The position numbers were made by a program, and so were the translations under genes. This document shows, one piece after another, positions 9,758-17,890 of a stretch of DNA of 64,000 nucleotides. Source of the DNA: Dehalococcoidia bacterium (GTDB lineage Bacteria > Chloroflexota > Dehalococcoidia > Lucifugimonadales > UBA2985); assembly GCA_965204895.1 (NCBI GenBank), contig OZ242025.1, positions 833,621 to 897,620 of the forward strand, written 5' to 3'. The notes beneath the pieces were generated by a model. That model did not search any database. It worked only from the letters and a program-made list of their open reading frames with translations, and had not been told where the DNA came from. Position 1 is the stretch's first letter; every line of letters begins with the position of its first letter.

Positions 9758-11107
9758 ATGTTTGCCTTCCGAGTAGCAATCTATTTGCAGCGAACCGTTC
9801 ACCGGCTAGCGTGGATAGGTCTGTCGTGCTTGGTGGCTTCAGCATTGCTGTCAGCATGTGATGACGATCTCGTACCCACTACAACGCCTGTGCCTATTTC
9901 CATATCGCCCACTCACATCCTGGAGTGTTCTAACGGTGTCAGCGTGCCGGACCCTCATAACAACCCGGATTTAGTCAATGACTGTGCAATCCTGCTTGAG
10001 GCTCGGGATATTCTGAGCACTACCTCCACTTACAACACTTACGACCTGAACTGGAGCCCCGATATTCCCATCTCGCAGTGGAAAGGCGTTACCGTCGCTG
10101 CAGGCCGTGTCACAGGCATCGATTTGGAATCCTACGAAGTGTGGTGGGGAGATGTGGGGTTTGAGGTCACTCTTGGAGGGAGAATGCCGCCGACACTTGG
10201 CGGTCTCACCGGTCTGCGTTTTCTGAGATTCCGATGGACCGGATTGGAAGGGCCGATACCCGCTTCTCTCGGCAACCTCAAGAATCTGGAGGCTTTAGAT
10301 CTATGCGGCAACGAGTTTTCGGGGGAGATACCGACTTCGCTGGCGCGCCTCCGAAATCTCAAGGAACTAAGTCTATGCAGCGACCAGTTCAGTGAGATAC
10401 CACCTTCCATAGGAAGCCTCACCAACCTGGAGTCACTTGCTTTAAGCGGCACCGGGTTCACGGGCGAGATACCCTCTTCCTTAAGCAAACTCACGAACTT
10501 GAGAGCGCTCAGCTTGTTTTCCACCGGATTCACAGGCGAGATACCTTCTTTCCTGAGCGACCTCACCAAACTGAGGTATCTCAGCCTAACTCGTAACCCG
10601 CTTACAGGCGAGATACCTTCTTTCCTGGGCGACCTCACCGAACTGAGACATCTCGGCTTGGAGGACAACCAGTTCACGGGAGAGATACCCGCTTCCCTGG
10701 GCAACCTCACCAAACTGGAGCATCTCGATCTAGCGCAAAACCAGCTTACGGGAGAGATACCCGCTTCCCTAGGCGACCTCACCAAACTGGAGTGGCTCGA
10801 ACTAGAGCGCAACCAGCTTACGGGAGAGATACCTGCTTCCCTGGGCGACCTCACCAAACTGAGGTATCTCGATCTATCGCGCAACCAGCTTGCGGGACAG
10901 ATACCCGCTTCCCTGGGGAATGCCGGCAGCCTCTGGCATCTACGATTGAACTACAACCAGCTTACAGGACAGATACCCCATTCCCTAACTGAACTCTATA
11001 ACCTGGAACGGATGGCACTATACCCGAACCCACTGAGCGGGTGCGTGCCTGAATTTGAGAGCGTAAGGGATCACGATGCCATGCATTTTCACCTACCGGA
11101 CTGTTGA
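9758..11107 (+). CDS. Leucine-rich-repeat lipoprotein with plant-type 24-residue LRRs
   Basis: Lipobox LLSAC. About 12 repeats of LxxLxxLxLxxNxLTGEIPxSLGxLTK. The N-terminal cap LLEARDIL...LNWS...ISQWKGVTV..GRVTGIDL resembles LRRNT_2. Confidence 0.8.
   Translation: MFAFRVAIYLQRTVHRLAWIGLSCLVASALLSACDDDLVPTTTPVPISISPTHILECSNGVSVPDPHNNPDLVNDCAILLEARDILSTTSTYNTYDLNWSPDIPISQWKGVTVAAGRVTGIDLESYEVWWGDVGFEVTLGGRMPPTLGGLTGLRFLRFRWTGLEGPIPASLGNLKNLEALDLCGNEFSGEIPTSLARLRNLKELSLCSDQFSEIPPSIGSLTNLESLALSGTGFTGEIPSSLSKLTNLRALSLFSTGFTGEIPSFLSDLTKLRYLSLTRNPLTGEIPSFLGDLTELRHLGLEDNQFTGEIPASLGNLTKLEHLDLAQNQLTGEIPASLGDLTKLEWLELERNQLTGEIPASLGDLTKLRYLDLSRNQLAGQIPASLGNAGSLWHLRLNYNQLTGQIPHSLTELYNLERMALYPNPLSGCVPEFESVRDHDAMHFHLPDC
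10190..11063 (+). repeat. Tandem 72-bp (24-codon) coding repeats of the LRR protein
   Basis: Units such as aaccagcttacgggagagatacccgcttccctgggcgacctcaccaaactg recur with near nucleotide identity, most clearly at 10680-10960. Confidence 0.75.
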
Positions 11108-11135
11108 ACGCTGACTTTTACACTCGTGTTCCTGC

Positions 11136-13610
11136 CTAAGGACTCAGTAGCCCCGTCTCTCTCAAATCCGGCGACCCCTCATCGTCGGGGTGGAGGCCGG
11201 GGGCCAGGCGGTCGGCGGCTATCCCCGAGATGACGCCTGCATTGCCGTCCAGGGTCTCCAGGAGAGAGGAAACGTACTCCTCCGCCGTCTCGGTGGGCAG
11301 CCTCACAAAGTAGTCAAAGAGCCGCATAGAGGACTCGGCCCCAAGCTCTCCTTCGGTCATCAGCTCCTCCCTCAGCTCCGCCAGGTTGGGGTCCTCCAGC
11401 ACCGCCAGCCACTGGAGCAGGTAGCCAAGCATGTGCTCGTCCAGCCCGTGGTTCAAGCGCCAGGACGCCAGCCGACGGCTGATGAAGACGTGGAACCCCT
11501 CGTAGTCCGGGTAGGCGAGGATTGTGGCGCCCGTTAGCTCCTCCAGCTTCAGCCAGAAGGCCCGCTCGAACTGCTGCGCCTGGGCCTCCCGGATGCCGCT
11601 CAGGGTGTGCCTGGAGGCCGTGCTTTCCGCAGGGGGTGGATAGCCGTGCCTCTGATGCACGTGGCCCATCTCATGGGCCAGGGACTGGATTACGTCGGCC
11701 AGGCCCCGCTCGGCGTCTATGGCCACCGTAGTCCTCCCGAAGCGAGGAACAGTTATCCCCACCGCCGTCGCCTTTATCCGCTCCCTCTGCTCAAAGAGGC
11801 GCGGGTACTCCGACTCCGGGCTGAGGGCGAACCTCTCCGCGAAGTAGCCGTCTATCCAGTCGTTGAACTGCGCCCTGTTGAAGAAGAGAATCTCCAGCCG
11901 CTCGTCGTGGAGGCTCTGGCCGGTCAGCAGGTAGTAGCCCGCGTCCACGACGTCCAGCGCCTCCCGGGAGTAGTCCAGCCCGCCTTCGGGGCTGATGGCC
12001 GGCTCCCGTATCTCAAGGAGCGACTCCAGGTCCGACAGCTTGAGCCGGAGGTCGTCTTCGCTGTAGACAATGGGGGCAGGCTCATCGGCCTCCTCCACGC
12101 TCCACACGAAGGTCTTCTCGTAGACGTTGTCGTCCTCGTTGGCCTCCACGACCGCGTTGTCCGGGTCAATCACCATCCGCAGGGTGTGTGGCCCCTCGTC
12201 GATTGTCACGTGGTCGGCAAGCCCGTCCCAGTCCTCGCTCCAGAGGAGGAGGTTGGAGGGCATTCTGCCGTGGAACTCAAAGGTCTGGACAAGGGTATCG
12301 TCGAAGTAGAGGTCTGCGGTGAAGGGCGCTGCGGCCTCCACGGTGCTGAGGTTGTGCACCGCCACGTCCACGTAGGGCGTCCTGCCGACGACCAGTGGAT
12401 CGTCCAGAAAAGTCCCCCGCTCGTGGGAGATGCTGATGGGCGCGTCCGAGTCCATCCTCCATCCGGGAGTGAGGTTGGGCAGCGTCAGAGGCGCGGGCGG
12501 AGTTGCGTCAGGCGTCGGCTCCTGAACGGGCATAGGCGCTACCGGCCCCGTGCCCCAGGTGAACTCCTTTTCTATGGTGTTGTTGCTCTCATCGGACTCC
12601 TCAACCGCGCCCGTGGCGTCCAGCACCACCCTGAGGGTATGGACGCCCGGCTCGACCCTGGTAACGCTCTGCAGCCTGTCCCACTCCGCGCTGCCGGTGG
12701 ACTCCTCCGCAATCAGCCCGTCCCCTTCCTGCACCGATATCAGGACATCGTCAAAGTACAGGTAGACCGTGACGTGCTCCCGGATGCTGGCGAGGCCCGT
12801 GTTCTGGAAGCCGTACCTGATATAGGTGGGCACGTCCACCGACAGGGGGCCGTCCGCCGCGTCTCCGGCGTAGGACGTGGCTATGAGCGAGTCTCCCCAG
12901 CCGAGAGGTATCGACGGGGCCAGGTCCGGCAGCTTGCCAGGCAGTGGGGTTGGCTCAGGCGCGGGGATGTCGGAGGGCAGCCAGGTGTACTCCAGCTCAT
13001 AAACGTTGTCTGACTCGTCCGTCTCCGGGACCAGGTTTGTGGAGTCAACCACCAGCTTCAGGGTGTGGGTACCGGGCCGGAGGCTCAACCGCCGTGGAAG
13101 CTCGTCCCAGTCGGTGAGGCTTATAAACAGGTTGGCCTCCAGGTTATTGGTAGTCCACCTCTCAACCAGAACGTCGTCCAGGTACACGTCTATGAAGAAG
13201 GGGTAGTCTATGGGGTTGGGACTGGCGTTGATCACCGCCCAGCTGAGGTAGGTGTCGCCATCCAGGGACAGAGGCGCGTCGCTGCGAGGCCCCGGCGCGC
13301 CCGCGGCCACCAGCGGGAGACGCCAGCCTACGGGGGTGAAGGGGACGACGTTGACGTTGGCCTTCCTGGCAGGCGTGGGCGCAAGCGTGGGGATGGACGT
13401 GGGCGGCGGGGTTGGCGTAGGTGTGGGTGTAGCGGTAGGCTCAAGGGTGGGTGAAGGCATCGGCGACGGGCTGGGCTCCGGGGTATCGGCGGGCGCGGCC
13501 CCCGGCCCGGGGCAGGCCGTCGCCAGCAGGGCGATTACCGCTATAATAAGTAGGAGTAGGTAGCGAGTCGTCATGGAAAAAGTGTAGCAGATACGTCTCA
13601 GCCTCAGCAT
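11136..13610 (-). CDS. Secreted lipoprotein with three CARDB-like modules and a C-terminal HExxH putative zinc-metallopeptidase domain
   Basis: Lipobox LLATAC and a PT-rich linker. Three ~130-aa modules end in DESDNVYELEYTW / ESDESNNTIEKEFTW / NEDDNVYEKTFVW. HEMGH is in SLAHEMGHVHQRHG. An alternative start is MTTRYLL at 13574. Confidence 0.6.
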   Translation of the reverse strand: MLRLRRICYTFSMTTRYLLLLIIAVIALLATACPGPGAAPADTPEPSPSPMPSPTLEPTATPTPTPTPPPTSIPTLAPTPARKANVNVVPFTPVGWRLPLVAAGAPGPRSDAPLSLDGDTYLSWAVINASPNPIDYPFFIDVYLDDVLVERWTTNNLEANLFISLTDWDELPRRLSLRPGTHTLKLVVDSTNLVPETDESDNVYELEYTWLPSDIPAPEPTPLPGKLPDLAPSIPLGWGDSLIATSYAGDAADGPLSVDVPTYIRYGFQNTGLASIREHVTVYLYFDDVLISVQEGDGLIAEESTGSAEWDRLQSVTRVEPGVHTLRVVLDATGAVEESDESNNTIEKEFTWGTGPVAPMPVQEPTPDATPPAPLTLPNLTPGWRMDSDAPISISHERGTFLDDPLVVGRTPYVDVAVHNLSTVEAAAPFTADLYFDDTLVQTFEFHGRMPSNLLLWSEDWDGLADHVTIDEGPHTLRMVIDPDNAVVEANEDDNVYEKTFVWSVEEADEPAPIVYSEDDLRLKLSDLESLLEIREPAISPEGGLDYSREALDVVDAGYYLLTGQSLHDERLEILFFNRAQFNDWIDGYFAERFALSPESEYPRLFEQRERIKATAVGITVPRFGRTTVAIDAERGLADVIQSLAHEMGHVHQRHGYPPPAESTASRHTLSGIREAQAQQFERAFWLKLEELTGATILAYPDYEGFHVFISRRLASWRLNHGLDEHMLGYLLQWLAVLEDPNLAELREELMTEGELGAESSMRLFDYFVRLPTETAEEYVSSLLETLDGNAGVISGIAADRLAPGLHPDDEGSPDLRETGLLSP

Positions 13611-13722
13611 TTACCTGCTATGATAGAGGTGTCAGGTATAGGGAGCATGACAGTTCACTGGCGATTGGGACTTTAATCTATCATTACGCGAGCAGTTTTA
13701 AGGGATTGTTAAGAGGTAAGAG

Positions 13723-14949
13723 TTGGCCAAATCCGTATTCTATTTCGCCCTTGGCATAGCGCTGGCCCTGGTCACCCTGGTTGTCATAGCCCTGGTGGTG
13801 ACCAACTTCACCGGCGACGACCCGGCGCCCGCACCGGCGCCTACGGCCACGCCCTCGGCTGCGGGGCCTGTCGGACCCGACACGCAGCCCGCGCCCACCG
13901 ATGCCCCTACCGCTACCGCGACTGCGCCGGACGCGCCCACGGCCCAACCGACCCCAACCTCAACGCCCTCGGTGAACATGGACCGCGACCTGCAAATCGT
14001 GACGCTCCTTCGCAAGGACGCCATACCGGCCATCCTGGAGCCGGAGTTCCTCACCATTGCCGAGGCCGACGGGCAGATGACGGAGGACGAGCTGGTCTTG
14101 GGCATATCCATCGAGGGGGACTCCCGGGCCTACTCCGTCAACATGCTCAGCAGGCACGAGATAGCCAACGACGTGGTGGGAGGCGTGCCCGTCGCCGTCA
14201 CCTGGTGACCCCTCTGCTTCTCGGGCATAGTTTATGCCCGTGAGTTCGGCGAAGAGACGCTGACCTTTGGCGTGTCCGGCAAGCTGGTGATGAACGCCCT
14301 GGTCATGTACGACCACCAGACGGACTCCCTGTGGAGCCACTTCACGGGAGACGCCATTGAGGGCGATTACCTGGGCACAAGGCTGGAGCTTGTTCCGTCA
14401 ACCCACACCACCTGGGGCAGGTGGAAGGAGCTGCACCCTGACACCCTGGCGCTGGACAAGGGCGGGCGATACAGCTACGACAACTACGCGTCCTACTACC
14501 GGAGGTCCGACGCCGGCGTCATTGGCGAGACCGTTATCGACGACCGTCTGGCCACCAAGGACCTGGTTGTGGGCCTGGTGATCGGCGGCGAAGCCAAGGC
14601 CTATGCCTTCGACGACCTGAGCGAGCAGCCCGTGGTCAATGACGCCGTGGGAGGCAGCAACGTGGTGGTCGTTTTCGACGCCGAATCCGAGACGGGCAAC
14701 GTCTTCAGCCGTGACGTGGACGGCCGCACCCTGGAGTTCCAACTGCTTGAGGACGACGGCTCAGGCGACCTGCTGATGGAGGACCTGGAGACGGGCACCC
14801 GGTGGCTGCTCCTCACGGGAGAGGCCGTTGACGGCCCACTTCAGGGGGCGCGGCTGGCGCAGGCGCCCTCCAACTACTCCTTCTGGTTTGCGTGGAAGGA
14901 CTGGCATCCCTCCACGGGCCTCTTCGTACGGGACGGCGCGGCCTCCTGA
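13723..14949 (+). CDS. DUF3179-family protein, predicted selenoprotein (UGA 14206-14208 read as Sec in a U-P-L-C motif); TM anchor plus PT/A-rich linker
   Basis: ORFs 13723..14208 and 14272..14949 are in one frame. Read-through gives GGVPVAVTW-U-PLCFSGIVYAREFGEETLTFGVSGKLVMNALVMYDHQTDSLWSHFTG, a continuous DUF3179 domain. A hairpin lies 13 nt after the UGA. Confidence 0.75.
14206..14240 (+). promoter_or_regulatory. In-frame UGA plus candidate bacterial SECIS hairpin
   Basis: UGA at 14206-14208. Stem cgggcata (14222-14229) pairs with tatgcccg (14233-14240), loop GUU. The loop G at 14230 is 22 nt after the A of the UGA. Confidence 0.65.
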
Positions 14950-15034
14950 CCAGCGCGCTTGAACCCCTCAACATTACGCCCTTTTCTGTTATAGCCTCTT
15001 AATATACTTAAGGATTGCGAAAGGTGGCGCCGTT

Positions 15035-16288
15035 ATGATTTGGCGAATAAGACCTTGGGAGAGGTATATCCGTATGACAATGGTGAAGGCTCGTGGACTT
15101 GCCGTTGGCCTGACGATGACGTCGGGGCTGGCGCTGCTCGCCGCCGGATGCAGCGAGCCAGTCGTCACGCCCACGCCGACGTCCGAGCCAACCTCCACGC
15201 CCCAGGCCAGCGCCACTCCCGCACCCGTGCCCACCGCCACCCCATTCCCCCTGTCGGACACCGGCAGGGTTACCAGGGATGAGCTTGTCGCCAGGCTGCA
15301 GACCGCCGTAGTGAGGGACGGCATCCCGGCCATTCTGGACCCACACTTCGTGCCGCCGGAGTCGGTGCCGCCGGAGTTCAGGGACACGGAGCTTGTCATG
15401 GGGATGTCGCTGAACGGCCAGAGCAAGGCCTACCCGATAGCTATACTCAGCCATCACGAGATAGTCAACGACGTGGTGGGAGGTGTGCCCGTCGCCGTCA
15501 CGTGGTGACCGCTGTGTTACTCGGGCATAGTTTATGCCCGCCAGTTCGGGGAGGAGACGCTGACCTTTGGAGTGTCCGGCAAGCTGAGCATGAACGCTAT
15601 GATAATGTACGACCACCAGACGGACTCCCTGTGGGCCCACTTCACGGGTGAGGCCATCACGGGCGACTACGAGGGCACACAGCTGGAGGTGCTGCCCGTT
15701 ATGCAGACCACTTGGGGCCACTGGCGGGAGCTTCACCCAGACTCCCAGGTGCTGGCGTGGAGGATGCCCACCAATGAGGACCCCACCGGCGCGCTGGGCT
15801 TCACCTACGACCCGTACCTGGGCTACTACGCCAGCGGCTGGGTCGGCTACGGGCGCACCCGGGAGGACAACCGCCTGGAGCAGAAGGACTTTGTGCTGGG
15901 CCTGGTGCTGAACGACGAGTCCATGGCCTACCCCTTCAACAACCTTGTGGACCACCCCGTCGTCAACGACTCTGTGGGAGGTAGGGATGTGGTCATCACC
16001 TACGAGCCGGTGTCGGATACGGGGGGAGTCTTCTCTCGCAAGGTGGACGGCCGCCCCCTCACCTTCAACATCCTGGAGGAGGACGGCGCAGACGGCCTGA
16101 TTATGGTCGACGAGGAGACCGGCAGCCGGTGGCTGCTCCTGGCGGCGGAGGCCGTGGAGGGCCCGCTCAAGGGAACCAGGCTTGAGCAGCTTCCCGCGTT
16201 CTACTCCTACTGGTTCGCATGGGCTGACTGGAATCCCACTACCGGCCTGTTCCTCCGGGAGGGCGTCCAAGAGGGCGTCTCTCCGTAG
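15035..16288 (+). CDS. DUF3179-family lipoprotein, predicted selenoprotein (UGA 15506-15508 read as Sec, U-P-L-C)
   Basis: ORFs 15035..15508 and 15572..16288 are in one frame. Read-through gives GGVPVAVTW-U-PLCYSGIVYARQFGEETLTFGVSGKLSMN. Lipobox LLAAGC and a PT-rich linker. The true start may be an internal Met (15074 or 15080). Confidence 0.75.
15506..15540 (+). promoter_or_regulatory. In-frame UGA plus candidate bacterial SECIS hairpin
   Basis: UGA at 15506-15508. Identical hairpin cgggcata-gtt-tatgcccg at 15522-15540, with the loop G at 15530 (22 nt after the UGA). The 13-nt spacer differs from the paralogue at synonymous sites. Confidence 0.65.
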
Positions 16289-16466
16289 GCGGGCCTCCAA
16301 GGCGGCCTTGTACTCCAGGCAGGCGCATCGCCCTGCAGAAGGAGGCTCTATACGATTACAGGAAAGTTGGCGATACAACGGGTCTCGAATCGATGACTGC
16401 CGGCTGAACGCAGTCAAAGCGTATAGGAACCTCTGAATAAATTGAGGGTCAATCCCCCACCCCGTC

Positions 16467-16486
16467 ATTCCGGCGGAAGCCGGAAT
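16467..16486. repeat. REP-like hairpin, class A (attccggc-ggaa-gccggaat), inverse orientation
   Basis: Perfect 8-bp inverted repeat within cgtcattccggcggaagccggaatccag. It is the reverse-orientation, stem-covarying relative of ggattcctgcNtNcgcaggaatgacgg. Confidence 0.7.
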
Positions 16487-16515
16487 CCAGGGTGACTGTG
16501 AAAGAGAGGGATAGA

Positions 16516-16533
16516 TCCCCGTTTTCACGGGAA
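16516..16533. repeat. REP-like hairpin, class A' (ccccgttttcacggg type)
   Basis: Imperfect inverted repeat within atccccgttttcacgggaatgacg. A related copy lies at 34810-34829. Confidence 0.5.
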
Positions 16534-16576
16534 TGACGAGGAAGGGCGGCACAACAGGATAGAGCGGAGGTAGACA

Positions 16577-17542
16577 ATGCACAGATACGTTGCAAACCGA
16601 CTTATACAGGGGGCCCTCACCGGACTGCTGGTGTCCCTGGTGATCTTCGCCATCATGCGCATCGCCCCCGGCGACGTGGCGATGATGATTGCGCTGGAGC
16701 AGAACGGCGGAGAGGCGGACCTGGTCACGGAGCCGCAGCTTGCAAAGATCCGCGAGGAGGTGGGGCTTAACGCTCCACTGCACATGCAGTACCTGACCTG
16801 GATTGGCGGCTGGGTGACCGGCAACTGGGGAGAGTCCATGTTCTCCAATGAGGGCATTTGGGGGAACTTCATGAGGAAGCTCCCGGTGACCCTTGAGCTG
16901 GCGCTTCTCTCAATTGGCCTGTCAACGGTGCTGGGACTGCCCGCAGGCATACTGATGGCCATAAAAAAGGACACCTGGATAGACTACGTCCTGAGAATCT
17001 GGTCCCTGTCCGGCCTCTCCATACCCAACTTCTGGCTTGCCACCATGGTGCTGGTTGTAGGGATGTATGTCTTTGACTGGAGCCCGCAGCTGGGGTTCGT
17101 CCCGTTCCTTGACAACCCGTCGGGCAACCTGAGCCAGTTCTTCTGGCCGGCCCTGATAGTGGGCTTCTCCTCCATGGTCACCAAGGCGCGGATGATGCGC
17201 TCCACCATGCTGGAGGTGCTGCGACAGGACTACATCCGCACGGCCCACGCCAAGGGCCTGAGGAGCACGGTGGTCACCTACAGGCATGCGCTGAAGAACG
17301 CCTTCATCCCGGTGATCACCGTTGTCGGCTTCTCCATAGCTGGCATCATTGGCGGGTCTGTGATTATGGAGCGCATCTTCGTTCTGGACGGCATCGGCAA
17401 CATGCTAGTGGAGGGGATGAACCAGCGGGACTACCCCGTGGTGCAGTCGCTGGTGCTGCTCTTCTCCCTGTGGATAGTGGTGGTGAACCTCCTGGTGGAC
17501 CTGAGCTACGGGTGGCTTGACCCCCGCATCCGGCACGACTAG
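16577..17542 (+). CDS. ABC peptide/nickel-type transporter permease (OppB/DppB family), copy 1
   Basis: 321 aa with an RBS GGAGG upstream. N-terminus MHRYVANRLIQ, the EAA-loop region DYIRTAHAKGL, and C-terminus LVDLSYGWLDPRIR are typical of the BPD_transp_1 OppB type. Confidence 0.9.
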   Translation: MHRYVANRLIQGALTGLLVSLVIFAIMRIAPGDVAMMIALEQNGGEADLVTEPQLAKIREEVGLNAPLHMQYLTWIGGWVTGNWGESMFSNEGIWGNFMRKLPVTLELALLSIGLSTVLGLPAGILMAIKKDTWIDYVLRIWSLSGLSIPNFWLATMVLVVGMYVFDWSPQLGFVPFLDNPSGNLSQFFWPALIVGFSSMVTKARMMRSTMLEVLRQDYIRTAHAKGLRSTVVTYRHALKNAFIPVITVVGFSIAGIIGGSVIMERIFVLDGIGNMLVEGMNQRDYPVVQSLVLLFSLWIVVVNLLVDLSYGWLDPRIRHD

Positions 17543-17590
17543 GGAGGGCAGACTTGTCCCCGATAGCTGCCTTAGCTCCGGCTGTGGCGC

Positions 17591-17620
17591 AGGAGCCGTC
17601 CTATTGATAGGACGGCTCCT
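17591..17620 (+). terminator. Strong stem-loop downstream of permease copy 1 (terminator-like, no clear U-tract)
   Basis: 13-bp perfect stem aggagccgtccta/taggacggctcct with loop ttga. It is followed by catgg rather than a T-run. Confidence 0.4.
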
Positions 17621-17744
17621 CATGGAGGAATGTACGAATGGCGAGCAGATTCGAAACCCATTGAAATTTCGTGCAGGGGTATCGCCATACAGAAGCCGAT
17701 TGCTGTACAATCATTACAATCTGATAAAATCCCCCAAAATTGTA

Positions 17745-17773
17745 TTGACTGCGCTATAAATCGCCAATACAAT
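17745..17773 (+). promoter_or_regulatory. Sigma70-like promoter upstream of permease copy 2
   Basis: TTGACT (17745-17750), a 17-nt spacer, then TACAAT (17768-17773). Confidence 0.45.
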
Positions 17774-17890
17774 TGGCACTCAATCATAGTGATGACAGCG
17801 TCTTCACTTCAGGCGCAACCGCCTCTGACCGGTTGAATTCAGCAAGAACATACAACAGGTGGAGTACCAGCCTAGAGCGAGAGGTCGATT

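Noticed and set aside
14206-14208. The in-frame TGAs might reflect an alternative genetic code (TGA = Trp or Gly, codes 4/25) rather than selenocysteine.
   Set aside because: Many well-supported genes in the window end at TGA at the expected protein C-terminus (for example trpG 22108-22110, hicA, DUF3179 copy 1 at 14947-14949). All four internal TGAs fall specifically on the first Cys of a CxxC motif and are followed by a hairpin, which fits Sec recoding rather than global reassignment.
15008-16783. A very long minus-strand ORF (591 aa). Similar long ORFs: 40218..41837 (+, 539 aa), 49095..50603 (-, 502 aa), 50582..51895 (-, 437 aa), 30677..31915 (-), 24625..25701 (-), 11607..13013 (+), 7003..8049 (+).
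   Set aside because: They lie antisense to genes with clear family signatures (DUF3179, ltaE, OpuAC-like, rmuC, lysC/GT2, trpB, CARDB protein, RND). Their Arg/Gly/Pro/His-rich composition is typical of shadow ORFs in high-GC DNA.
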